Assembly (NCBI GenBank): GCA_032718475.1
Contig: JAUCBJ010000054.1
Location: forward strand, 1 to 64,000
DNA: 64,000 nt
Origin: Nemertoderma westbladi
Lineage: Eukaryota > Animalia > Xenacoelomorpha
Reading direction: 5' to 3'
Shown here in pieces: positions 12,267 to 23,732 of this stretch (positions are counted from its first letter, which is position 1; each line of letters opens with the position of its first letter). Under the pieces are notes generated by a model, which was given only the letters and a program-made list of their open reading frames with translations, did no database searches and was not told where the DNA came from. Position numbers and translations under genes: made by a program.

Positions 12267-13511
12267 ATGGCTATAAAAATTACATTTTTCCTGGTAATTT
12301 TCTCCGCATATATTTCTCTATCATCAGCCCTCTATTCCCCACCTGGTTGGTCTTTATGTCGTCACCAACAACCGGAGCCTAACACTAACGCCACTAGCGG
12401 TACGATTTGTATCGATGTGCACCCCAGCACAGACTTTATGATGTTCTTTGTAATCGATTCAACCACATATTTATCAATAAGAGCAACCACATCTTTGAAA
12501 GAAGACGGAGTCTTATCATTCACGTCTTCGTGTTTACCTTATGTTGCCACAGTAACCCCTAATTTAACCATCGCTGCTAACGATACATCACCCTATTATC
12601 TATTAGTGACCACATACAGTCCTGGCAAGTGCATCATAAACATAACTTCTACTAGCGCTGAATTCAACCCGTACAACTTAGTAGCCAACACTATACACAT
12701 CACAGTCCTACGGTCCATGAGTTGGCACACGTTCGACCTAATTGTTGGTTGGATCGCCTTTCTAGCATGGAGCACGGAATTCTACCCTCAAGTATTCCAG
12801 AATTTCCAACGTAAATCGACAACAGGATACAGTTGGGACGGGGTTGCCTTGGATCTAGGCGGCTATCTATCCTATAACGTCTACACAATCAGTATGACGT
12901 GGTCCACCACCATACGGGGTCTTTACGGAGAAGGCACTATAAACCCGATACAACTAAACGACGTTGTTTTCGCTCTGCATGCCGTGTTGGTTATCATCCT
13001 TCTCGCCTTCCAATGTTTAATTTATGAGAACGCGGACCAACGTTTCTCTGTCACCGCTCGCTGCATATGCGGCGTGTTTGTAGTTTATTCAGCGACTAAC
13101 ATTGTTTTCGCTTGGTTTAATGTTATTGATTGGTTGCAGTGCATCACTTACATATCCTACATTAAAATATTCGTAAATATATTTAAATTTATCCCACAGA
13201 TTTTAACTAACTACCGTACCAAGAGTACCCATGGTTACAGCATCGGTCTACTCGGTTTGGATTTCACCGGTGGACTTTGTTTCATTTCGCAATCTCTTCT
13301 ATTGGCCTTCAATTCCAACGACTGGATTTCTCTCCAAAGTACAAAGTTTATGATGCCAATTTGTTCCCAAACTAACGATATGATTTTGGGATTCCAGCAT
13401 TTTGTTTTGTACAGAAAAAGTTCCAATTACACCAGAATTAAGGGCACTAAGGAATTGAGCGTTAATTATTATGGCTCCGTTTCGGAAGAAAAATCAATTA
13501 ATATTGATTAA
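12267..13511 (+). CDS. CTNS: Cystinosin-family transporter, divergent copy 3 (414 aa, intronless)
   Basis: Signal peptide; GWIAFLAWSTEFYPQ, NPIQLNDVVFALHAV, ISYIK, KFIPQ, LDFTGG, QHFVLY; C-terminal YTRI and YGSV motifs. Confidence 0.9.
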   Translation: MAIKITFFLVIFSAYISLSSALYSPPGWSLCRHQQPEPNTNATSGTICIDVHPSTDFMMFFVIDSTTYLSIRATTSLKEDGVLSFTSSCLPYVATVTPNLTIAANDTSPYYLLVTTYSPGKCIINITSTSAEFNPYNLVANTIHITVLRSMSWHTFDLIVGWIAFLAWSTEFYPQVFQNFQRKSTTGYSWDGVALDLGGYLSYNVYTISMTWSTTIRGLYGEGTINPIQLNDVVFALHAVLVIILLAFQCLIYENADQRFSVTARCICGVFVVYSATNIVFAWFNVIDWLQCITYISYIKIFVNIFKFIPQILTNYRTKSTHGYSIGLLGLDFTGGLCFISQSLLLAFNSNDWISLQSTKFMMPICSQTNDMILGFQHFVLYRKSSNYTRIKGTKELSVNYYGSVSEEKSINID

Positions 13512-13959
13512 CTTTACTTGTTATTTTACCCAATTAAAACAAATTTAACCACTTGTACTTTATAGAACCGCATATATTGAATATTGATATAAATTATTTT
13601 TTGCGTCGTTTAATTTAATTAAAACGTCAATATAACAACTCCCCCCGAAAAAATATTATTTTATTTTACCTAGAAATTGATTGAAACCCTGTTATACAAA
13701 TATATAACTTACTCTATGTTGTTTTATATATATATGTGGTTGTTCAGTTGGCGTATGTTTCAATTCAATAGACATGGTTCATCTAACGTAATTCATCTGA
13801 TATATTGTGGGGATAATATAATAATTTATTAAATTATTATATTTTTTATAATCAATTTGGCCACTGTGCCCAATCTACTGTACTTGGCCGTCTTTAACCA
13901 TTAAATTCCGACATACAAGTTATCAGGTACTGTATTATTTCCAAGTCTACCCTTTACCT

Positions 13960-14035
13960 GAGCCGCTACCTGAATGGTTTGAGCGTTAGACATCCAACCC
14001 GCAGGTCACCATGGTTCGATCCCATCTGGACGACA
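13960..14035 (+). mobile_element. Possible tRNA-derived SINE head or tRNA pseudogene
   Basis: A-box-like tacctgaatggt and B-box ggttcgatccc at tRNA-like spacing; no convincing cloverleaf. Confidence 0.35.
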
Positions 14036-14184
14036 TTGCCGACTTTGCAAAGCTGTGTCCAACAAAAGTTATAATTTATTTGATGGAACTGCAGTTACTG
14101 TAAATTTGAAGTGGCTAGTAGAGGGTTTTCACCACCCCCCCCCCCCCCCCCATATCTGTAATTTTCAGGATAAATTAGAATCAT

Positions 14185-14330
14185 TTACAAACTATCGATG
14201 CAACAATGTATTATGTTGTTTCACAAACTATCGATGCAATGTATTATGTTGTTTCACAAACTATCGATGCAATGTATTATGTTGTTTCACAAACTATCGA
14301 TGCAATGTATTATGTTGTTTCACAAATAAA
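14185..14330. repeat. 33-bp tandem repeat, ~4 copies
   Basis: Unit tttcacaaactatcgatgcaatgtattatgttg; explains the repeated CCFTNYRCNVL peptide in the ORF track. Confidence 0.9.
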
Positions 14331-14726
14331 TGTTTATGAACATACAGTAATAAGGCCCGCCTCTATATATTTACTTTCTGATTGTGGAATTTGATTTGTT
14401 GTTTTGCTGTTGGGGAATTACTATTATTATATATAAGTAGGGTATCATTAATTGAGCGAGAGGCCCTACCCTTCCTAAATATTCTCCCATTAGGCCTACT
14501 GTACAGTATATCACAGAAGCTATTCATTAGTCTTTTCGAACTACGCGTAGGTAATTAATGCAGTAGTAATTACTGCAGTACTGGGACTGGTTTTTAACTA
14601 CAGTACTGCAGTAGGCCAACAGTACAGCAGTTCTGCAGTTGTAGTTGCAGTGGTTTCAGTACTGCAGTACTGCAGCAGTGCATCAGTGATACTGCTACTG
14701 ATAGTGCAGTCCTGAATAAATTGATA

Positions 14727-16193
14727 ATGTCGACATCGTTAATAATTTCTTGCCCAACTGGATGTAAACAGATTGTTAAAACACATAAGAACACAATAAT
14801 TTACCAGATACTCACTGCAGTGTGTGGCAACCACTCCCTCGACCCGTGGATTCACGACCTGAAATGGAATCGTAGAGTATTAGATGTGGGTAACTCAGTG
14901 GCGTTATCCTGTCTGCAGAATAATGCTAAACTCGATCTGGTTGCCGTTGTTAAACCCCGTAGTTGTGGCAACGTCGATGTGGTTGTGCAGACGGAGAATG
15001 GCGACCGGTTGAGCGGAAGGTTTAGTGCTGCAGAGGTCTCCCTCGGCGAGATGGTTAACGGTTTGGGTCTGGGTTGCCATGGTGGCGGACTGGTTTATAT
15101 GAATCAAACAATAGACCGTGAGGAATTGGCCAACATTACTCTGAGATCTTTAGGGATTTTGAAAGGTACTGCCGCTTTCCGTTACGTAACAACCGTCAGA
15201 CAGGTTGACTCGCTCTCCCGGGTTCACATTCAGCACGCCAACCCGATATATGACAGCATTATGTCTGGAGACGTCGAAGCTGAGAGTGAGGAGAAACTCA
15301 TGGATAATAGAATACCTGAGTCCAGTGTTTCTGTTTATAGCGAGAAAAAAATTGAAAGTTGTAAATTAATTAAGAAAGAAAACCAGTTCCAGCCAAATTA
15401 TAATCCTACCGGTATGGGCGGTATGTCTACGGTGGATTTCCTCACCTTTGTCCCGCCTCCCGCCCCCTCCACAAACACTCCCCCCATAGACATCCCATCC
15501 GTGACCCCCTGTCCCAGACAACCTCTGCTCTACTCGGTAGACGAAGCGACTTCCCTTCTATCTCCCCTCCAGGACTTCCCCGAGGACTTCTATGACGTCA
15601 CTATTGAGGACGTCCGCACCATGGTGGATCTCAATAAGTCGACGCAGGACGAACCTTTACTCACATCGGGACAACGGGAACTCAATAGAATCCGCAAGAT
15701 GAACCGACATTCTACGGCTGTAGTCCGAGTCCACTTTCCCAACAACCTCGTCCTCCAGGGATTCTTTAGACCGGCGGAGAAACTCGAGAAGTTGTACGAA
15801 TTCGTAGAAGAGAAACTCGGCGGAGATTATAGGTTCTATCTGTACACGACTCCTCCGAAACGCGAGTTGCGGGATCGGAATGCTTCGCTGTACGATCTGG
15901 GGTTGTCTCCGTCCGGTAAGGTTTACTTCGGGTCTCCGGAATCCGTCAAGGCTGATTGTTTCGGGACCTCGACGCTCCAGAGTTACGCGGAGGTCTGTAG
16001 GTTAACGCGCGATCGGTTGTGTCCCGTTCGGGATGTAGAGATGGCTACCCCCTTGCCCCCCGAGCTGCGTGAGCTCCCCTCCTCCCTGCTCCCTACAACC
16101 AAGCCCCCCTCACAGAAGTGCACCACTCCCTCGCAGAAACCCCTGGATAAACCGCCTCCAACTAAAGTTCCCCGGTGGTTTAAAACTAACTGA
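14727..16193 (+). CDS. ASPSCR1: Tether containing UBX domain for GLUT4 (TUG/ASPSCR1/UBXD9), intronless
   Basis: N-terminal UBL (SLIISCPTGCKQIVK...LQNNAKLDLV), PEDFYDVTIEDVR, UBX domain (VVRVHFPNNLVLQGFFRP...FYLYTTPPK) and C-terminal KVPRWFK. First ATG at 14727. Confidence 0.9.
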   Translation: MSTSLIISCPTGCKQIVKTHKNTIIYQILTAVCGNHSLDPWIHDLKWNRRVLDVGNSVALSCLQNNAKLDLVAVVKPRSCGNVDVVVQTENGDRLSGRFSAAEVSLGEMVNGLGLGCHGGGLVYMNQTIDREELANITLRSLGILKGTAAFRYVTTVRQVDSLSRVHIQHANPIYDSIMSGDVEAESEEKLMDNRIPESSVSVYSEKKIESCKLIKKENQFQPNYNPTGMGGMSTVDFLTFVPPPAPSTNTPPIDIPSVTPCPRQPLLYSVDEATSLLSPLQDFPEDFYDVTIEDVRTMVDLNKSTQDEPLLTSGQRELNRIRKMNRHSTAVVRVHFPNNLVLQGFFRPAEKLEKLYEFVEEKLGGDYRFYLYTTPPKRELRDRNASLYDLGLSPSGKVYFGSPESVKADCFGTSTLQSYAEVCRLTRDRLCPVRDVEMATPLPPELRELPSSLLPTTKPPSQKCTTPSQKPLDKPPPTKVPRWFKTN

Positions 16194-16518
16194 AACTCAG
16201 CTGTTTAGCTCGATGACTTTATTTTACACTGGTAACCTTCATTTCTCATTGGCTGGTTTTTGCGGTCGTTTTATCTAACTTCAACTTGTTATTTGTGACT
16301 CTTGCTAAACTTATTAAATTAATATCTTTGTGCTATTTATAATTAATTAATTACAATCGGTTTGGTAATAAACCTATCGGTTGGGGAATAAATCTTTTAG
16401 TTTCATCTACATTTATTTTCATTGCTATCGAGTCCCCAAGATATAATATACTCAACTAACTCCTTGTGTTTCCCTGGTTGCCTTGGTATCTACCCACATT
16501 ACTCAGTCACATCCCTGA

Positions 16519-16921
16519 GCCAGCTGCACCCGGATGCACCCAGCTGCACCCGGATGCACCCAGCTGCACCCGGATATACCCAGCTGCACCCGGATATACC
16601 CAGCTGCACCCGGATATACCCAGCTGCACCCGGATATACCCAGCTGCACCCGGATATACCCAGCTGCACCCGGATATACCTAGCTGCACCCGGATATACC
16701 CAGCTGCACCCGGATGCATCAGCTGCACCCGGATGCACCCAGCTGCACCCGGATATACCCAGCTGCACACGGATGCACCCAGCTGCACCTGGATATACCC
16801 AGCTGCACCCGGATATACCCAGCTGCACCCGGATGCATCCAGCTGCACCCGGATGCATCCAGCTGCACCCGGATGCACCCAGCTGCACCCGGATGCACCC
16901 ACCTGCAACCAGCTGCACCCG
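16519..16921. repeat. 20-bp minisatellite, ~20 copies
   Basis: Unit cagctgcacccggat(at/gc)acc, located between the convergent 3' ends of ASPSCR1 and TTC36. Confidence 0.95.
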
Positions 16922-17179
16922 GCTAATATGATTGTGCGATCTTACACTTCGGTACAGGTTTTTATCGTTCTATCGAATTTCAAAAAAAGTTATTTAGTTC
17001 CGAATTAGTTAAATTAATTAATTAATTAGTTAAGTTAATTATTTGCAAAATCTAAGACAGTTAAACAGTGAAAATATGTGACTCAAAAATGACTCAAAGG
17101 TACTCCTTGTAAGAATATCGACCGGTACTGCGTGGTTAACCTAACTAAATTATTTAGTATTAATATAACCCCTTAACCC

Positions 17180-17743
17180 CTAACTATATACCTGTTCCCC
17201 TTTAATCGCTCTGTCTATCATTTCAGTTACCATTTGGTTACAAAGTGCCGCATACGGGTTTCGTGATAAAACAAGTTTTTTTGCCAACGGTTCCCCTAGA
17301 TTAGCTGCAGCCGTAAAATCGTTGCCGGAATCTTCTTCCCTGCCTTCTATGTGGTGCAGGATGGCCCGTTGGGTGTAGGCCAGAGACGCCACCCTCCCTT
17401 TCCCGTTACTCAGCTCGATCGCTTTATTGAGGTCCCGCAGTGCCGCAGGGGTATCGTTATTGAGACGATGCAGCTGCCCTCGGTTGTTATAAGCCGAGGC
17501 CCATCTCGGCGACAGCTGTATGACCTGCGACAATTGAGCTATTCCCCCGGACAGGTCTCCGTTCTCAGCCAACTTTACTGCTTCTACCTCCAGGGCCTTG
17601 GTTTGGATTGCGTCGGGTTCATCTAGGTCATCGGGTTCCGTTGGCTGGTCTGCTGGTTGGAAGTAAGGGAAGTCCGGGTTGAATATAACATGGAGGATGT
17701 GCTCGTCTGTGCTGGGAGACCATTCAGCTGTTTGACCAGACAT
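17180..17743 (-). CDS. TTC36: Tetratricopeptide repeat protein 36 (187 aa, intronless)
   Basis: DEHILHVIFNPDFP N-terminus, TPRs (ASAYNNRGQ, LRDLNKAIELS, AYTQRA) and the diagnostic C-terminal NPYAALCNQM. Confidence 0.92.
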   Translation of the reverse strand: MSGQTAEWSPSTDEHILHVIFNPDFPYFQPADQPTEPDDLDEPDAIQTKALEVEAVKLAENGDLSGGIAQLSQVIQLSPRWASAYNNRGQLHRLNNDTPAALRDLNKAIELSNGKGRVASLAYTQRAILHHIEGREEDSGNDFTAAANLGEPLAKKLVLSRNPYAALCNQMVTEMIDRAIKGEQVYS

Positions 17744-19329
17744 GGTAGTTATGATTAGGAACGGATTTATTCGTTTATATTTTTAACAAACGAGTTTATA
17801 AGCAAAGCAATTAGTTATTGTTAATAGATAAATGTACTTAAACGTTTAAATTTTCGAACATAATTACGTAAACCAAGGGGTGGAAATAACTTATTATTTA
17901 AACATAATTATTACACAATTTCTTACAGACCGTTTAATTTTATTGTATATTTTATCTAGCCAAATAATGATGACACAATCTGAAGGGTTCAATGTACAGA
18001 CAGGAGGTTGATCGGTCAACCGGTCAGACAGTCCATGCGGAGTGTTGCGGCGGCATACACCTGGTGAATGCCGTCGCAGCACGTCGCAGGGTTTCACAAA
18101 TCTCATCAAGGAGTCATTGCCCCACAATCTACCAAACGGACTCACTACTAGGCCCCACAATAGGTGGAGGGCTATTCTAATCAAAACAATAAACGAAAGA
18201 CTATAGCACAGTTTAATATGTGTTGCTGGCTGCTCTATTGTTATATGAATCACGTTTACACACCGACATTATTACCTATTATTGTTGAGGGAATTTAAGA
18301 ATATTGTAACTTAATCCATCTCTCTGAAATTATCACTTCCTGTAAATGTAATTTCAATTGTTATTTTTACTTTAAATAAATAGGTAGCGGGAACCAGATC
18401 CTAACAGAGCCGCACACCCCTTTATAAAAGATTATATTTAAAATATTATTCGTCACAGCAGATGGTCATATTGTTATTCTTTGTGTTAACGAATCACAGG
18501 CCAAATAATTATTGCACATAGGCAGGCCTACTGTCATAAATTAATGGTAGTCATGGAATATTCACAACCATTTCAATGTAATTAAAGTCATTTATTCCGA
18601 CATTCTAAATATATTTACCCACCACCAGCAAGGCAAACTACTGTATACTGTGTGAGTATACACAGTATGTAGGCTTTGGTGTTTAACCTCTCCTGGCATG
18701 CGCTTATGTTACACGTTCGGGAGGCCTTCACGCAGCACGAGGCTCAGTTATGAGATACAAATTCAATTGAGTTGAAGTTGAATTGAGTAATTCTGTCACT
18801 AAATCGGTATTTAAGAAATTTAACCAAACCGCCAATAAATTAAAGAAGATGGAAAAGTTCTTCCCCTTCAATCCCTCTTAATCTGCACCACCCCAACCCA
18901 AAGGAGCACAGAGGATTAATGTAAGACAGAGGTATTAAAAGGAAATTTGTGTTTTAAAAGTAATATATTAAATATAGGCGTGGAGGCGACCCAATTTGTA
19001 AGAATTATTAAAACTTACCTTATGCCGATAGTATTGATACTGACATATTAATTTATCATGTCAACACCTTAACGATATTATTTAGCTAATTATTCTAAAG
19101 AATCACGATTTAATACAAACCCAATAATTTTTCGAGATAAACAATAAGCAAGCTGTCTTAATAGTCTGGCTCATTACATTGCTGCCTTTGAATCAGAATT
19201 TCTTTTAATCCCATAACATACGGAATATTAGTTAAATAATAATACAAATAGATAACAGGGTAATACTCACACGAGTAAGATAATTATATACAATACAGTA
19301 AGTATCCTACGAATGAATTCATATAATTT

Positions 19330-20190
19330 AAAATATACAGTGCCAGAAAAAAATAAGGCGATTAAAATATGGCAAACAGTGATAAAAAATAATTATTTGG
19401 GGAGATAGACCCAGGGTGAGAAGGAAAAGAGCGCATCGAAGGTCAGTCGCGCATGGGGGAATGCCGGGGCAAGATTTGAAGTGCAATTTAGTGTCAGCCG
19501 GATTGTTGCACAGCAAGCAGATGCAACCATCATCCACTTTCCAACAGTTGGGACTGCTGCAAAGAGTCTGATGACACCCGTTGGAGAGAAGCAACGCCGC
19601 TGCTCGGCGGCGGAAGCCGGACAGGCCTCCCAACCTGATGTCACAATCGGGGTTGACGACGTTGTCTACGGCGTCTTATATCGCAGTAGAGGAGGAGATC
19701 TTGCTTACTCCACACCACAGTTTAAAATGAAAGGCGCGACATTTGCGAACATGTTCTAGAACGGCAACATCCTCGGTGTGTGTGAAAATATCGCACCCAT
19801 GCGTGACTGCAGGGAAGACCACCGAGAGCCATAGACGTTTTGCTGAGTCTAACGAGATCAGAGATAAATTTATTTTCGAGGCTAAATGGACACAGCATGC
19901 CAGACCCCTTTTGTGCAAGTGTGCAAAGTGACCGCTGGGTCCATTTTTGTTTGAGAGAGTTATACCGCGATAATTAAACTCACTGACAAATTCGATCTTC
20001 GTACCATTGTAAATTAGAACATCATTGTTACATATGCGACCTCCCCGGCGAAATTTTATGGCTTTGGTTTTGGATAAATTGACGGTTAGGTCATTTACCT
20101 TACAATAGTCAGCTAGAGAATCAAGACCATTTTGTACGTCAACAATCGAGTTACCATATATTACCAGGTCGTCGGCATACATAATAACAA
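19330..20190 (-). mobile_element. 5'-truncated non-LTR retrotransposon (RT C-terminal half plus Cys/His finger)
   Basis: YADDLVI...LTVNLSKTK...IEFVSEFNY in ORF 19676-20182, then CICLLCNNPADTKLHFKSC in a downstream frame. Confidence 0.85.
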
Positions 20191-20198
20191 GGCAGCCA

Positions 20199-20352
20199 GT
20201 GGGGAAGTGTCCGGGGGGGAAGTGTCTGGGGGGGAAGTGTCCGGGGGGGGAGTGTCTGGGGGGAAGTGTCCGGGGGGAAGTGTCCGGGGGGGAAGTGTCC
20301 GGGGGGGGGGGGAGTGTCCGGGGGGAAAGTGTCCGGGGGGGGGGAAGTGTCC
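20199..20352. repeat. G-rich G(n)AAGTGTCC tandem repeat (G-quadruplex-prone)
   Basis: About 9 units of G5-12 followed by aagtgtcc, directly at the 5' truncation point of the LINE. Confidence 0.9.
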
Positions 20353-21015
20353 GTACACCATGACCGGGGCATTTTGATTAACTTACTACTACGATCGGCA
20401 TGCTGCATTTCAGCTGTATTATATATATACTGTATATTGCATAATTGTATAAATTATAAAACTCAAGTAGATAAATACAACGGAGGGTGCGTGATCCGGT
20501 CAGACTATAATTTAGCTACAATAATAGCATGATTAAGAGTAATGCCAACTCAAAAATTTGCGAAATAAATATATAAACAATTTTATTTAATTTTATAAAC
20601 AGCGGGATATTGGTCTCTTTACTATTTACTTCAATTAATTATTATTATATATATTTAATATATATATTGTAGATATATATATACATTATTTAATTAATAA
20701 TTACTTTAAAAATGCTGTGCTGGATTGTCGACAAAATTGAACAGTAAATTGAAAGTGATTCACATAATATATTTCTATAGATTTTTTTGAGGGTATTAAA
20801 CAAGGTAATATAGAATAAAAAAAATTGGAGTGGATGAATTGTGAATTTGTAATGGGTGGGTGGATCCCCTTTTTGGCTAGATTGACTCCCCAAATTATTA
20901 TATTTCTATTTTCCTCTGCTGTCGCCTACAGCAGAGGTACAGATGTATACTGCACATACCAAAGTGCTTTACCCTGTTCTTCTCTAGAAGCCTACAAAGG
21001 CCATCAAATAAGTTT

Positions 21016-21998
21016 GCGCCAGTTCCCCAGAAGGGTGACCTAACAGTTGGTGCCAGTTCCATATAGAAGGGTAATCTAACAGTTGGTGCCAGTTCCCCAG
21101 AAGGGCAACCTTACAGTTGGTGCCAGTTATATAGAAGGGCAACCTAACAGTTGGTGCCAGTTCCCCAGAATGGCAACCTAACAGTTGGTGCCAGTTCCAT
21201 AGAAGGGCAACCTAACAGTTGGTGCCAGTTCCCCAGAAGGGCAACCTAACAGTTGGTGCCAGTTCCATAGAAGGGCAACCTAACAGTTGGTGCCAGTTCC
21301 ATAGAAGGGCAACCTAACAGTTGGTGCCATTTCCATAGAAGGGCAACCTAACAGTTGGTGCCAATTCCCCAGAAGGGCAACCTAACAGTTGGTGCCAAAT
21401 CCATAGTAGGGCAACCTAACAGTTGGTGCCAGTTCCATAGAAGGGCAACCTAACAGTTGGTGCCAGTTCCATAGAAGGGCAACCTAACAGTTGGTGCCAG
21501 TTCCATAGAAGGGCAACCTAACAGTTGGTGCCAGTTCCACAGAAGGGCAACCTAACAGTTGGTGCCAGTTCCCCAGAAGGGCAACCTAACAGTTGGTGCC
21601 AGTTCCCCAGAATGGCAACCTAACAGTTGGTGCCAGTTCCATAGAAGGGCAACCTAACAGTTGGTGCCAGTTCCCCAGAAGGGCAACCTAACAGTTGGTG
21701 CCAGTTCCATAGAAGGGCAACCTAACAGTTGGTGCCAGTTCCATAGAAGGGCAACCTAACAGTTGGTGCCATTTCCATAGAAGGGCAACCTAACAGTTGG
21801 TGCCAGTTCCCCAGAAGGGCAACCTAACAGTTGGTGCCAAATCCATAGTAGGGCAACCTAACAGTTGGTGCCAGTTCCCAAGAAGGGCAACCTAACAGTT
21901 GGTGCCAGTTCCCCAGAAGGGCAACCTAATAGTTGGCGCCAGTTCCACAGAAGGGCAACCTAACAGTTGGTGGCAGTTCGAAAGAAGGGCAACCTAAC
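21016..21998 (+). repeat. 34-bp minisatellite, ~29 copies, derived from LINE RT coding sequence
   Basis: Unit agttggtgccagttcc(at/cc)agaagggcaacctaac; the last copy runs into the RT frame. Confidence 0.95.
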
Positions 21999-22700
21999 AC
22001 TCTAAGGTTATTTTCGGGGAATCTCATTGATATCGATTGCTGCAAAGCTATACAATAGAATTCTATTAAATCGCATCAGGGATCCCATTGAGAGACAGAC
22101 TGCTCCATGGAAATCAGAATGGGTTCCGTAAAGGTCGTGGGACCAATAATCCCATTTTGGCACTTATAAGGATAATTGAAGAGTTATCAAAAAAGAAAGA
22201 CAGGCATCTGGCTGTTATCTTTGTTGACTTCTTCAAGGCCTTTAATTCAGTCTCTCGCTCACGTATGTTCAGCATACTTTCATTATATGGGATTCCTGAT
22301 GAAATTATTGTAGCAATCAGATCAGTATACGATGGTTCGACAACATTTGTGTCTACTGTTGACGGTGACACAGAACCATTCGAAGTGTTATGTGGAGTCC
22401 TCCTGGGAGACACACTTGCATCTTTCTTATAATTGTGATTGATTCTGCTCTACTTCAACAAAGCCGCCTCCGCTTTGCAGGACATTGCTTTCGACATGAG
22501 GACAAGCATGTCTACAATTTTGTGCTTTGACAGCCCCATGGAGAAAATATGCCCATGATTTTATTGACTTAAAGAAAGTCAAGAAAGGACATGACTTAAT
22601 GGACACTGGCCTTGGAGATGCGGATGATCTCGTGAAAGTCATGGGGGATAGGGAGTTGTGCGGCGCAATTTTGTCGAAAAGTCGACATATCATTATTTAT
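21960..22700 (+). mobile_element. Degraded RTE-like LINE RT fragment
   Basis: FRGISLISIAAKLYNRILLNRI, QNGFRKGRGT, IFVDFFKAFNSV and GVLLGDTLASFL, followed by a deletion to the 3' end. Confidence 0.85.
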
Positions 22701-23732
22701 GCACACTGCATTGGGGCATGCCAATTGTGGATTGCATGGAAAAATAGTTTGGTTATAAGCTGGCATAGCATCTTAATGCGCAGTTTCAATGCTGCAGGCC
22801 GATTATATTCTAGTAGTTAGTAATAGCCTTTCCAAAAACATCACAGCCAATAATATTAATCAATGTGTCTCCCATGGCACAACAAATCCGCAATATTTTG
22901 GAGCAAAGCAAGGAAAAATCAAGAATCAACATCACCTGAAACACACTGCGATCCCATTATAGTAACAAATTTAATGAAGATTCAGCAAAGAGGAAGACTG
23001 CAAGTAAACCATCAAATATCGGAGGACATTGAATACAGATGTTTCATTCGGAAATTAGCCCCTTATTGTATTTATAAGGAGAGTCAGTTCTAAGCAGCCT
23101 CTATTCAATAGTAAGGGACGGAATACCTACAACCAATCATCTTACAGGCACATAGTATCTATCAATATTTTATTCAAAATACTAAAACATATACTTCTTA
23201 TCTTAAATTTCCTAACAAATTCCAAAGGTTACAGCAACCAGATGACTTATAAAATGATACGTAGTACCGATTTAGCCATTGCTACTATTCCACAGTAGAA
23301 TGCATAGAGTAGTACCCATCTATGGAATTACCTTTATCTATAATGTCAATTACATTAATTAGACATATAGAGTAGAGTCCGCTCCATTTTAGACTACTAC
23401 AAATCCATTCCTCAAATTTGGTGAGGTGACAAACTGCGGTGTCAATTATTCAAGTTTTGGCGGTTGTGTTTCCTTTGATTTTTACAGTATATGAGGACTA
23501 TAAACCCATTTCAGATGTATTATCGGTGTGGTGCAGTAAAAGCAGTACATTTATATAACTGCCTATAGCATTAATTTTGCTGGAGAAATTTAAATATATC
23601 AGTAACATTATTCCTCAAACTCTCATTCTCATGGTTCTTTCTATACTTACAAATGTAGAAACTAAAGCGATATTAAATCTTTATATTGTTCTATAAGAGC
23701 GACTTATATCACCGGTAGTAATTATTAACATA

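Noticed and set aside
16422-17008. Repetitive ORFs (PAAPGYTQLHPD etc.)
   Set aside because: Translation artefacts of the 20-bp minisatellite.
21016-21998. CRISPR-like appearance of 30-41-bp repeats
   Set aside because: Units are head-to-tail with no unique spacers, there are no cas genes, and the context is eukaryotic.
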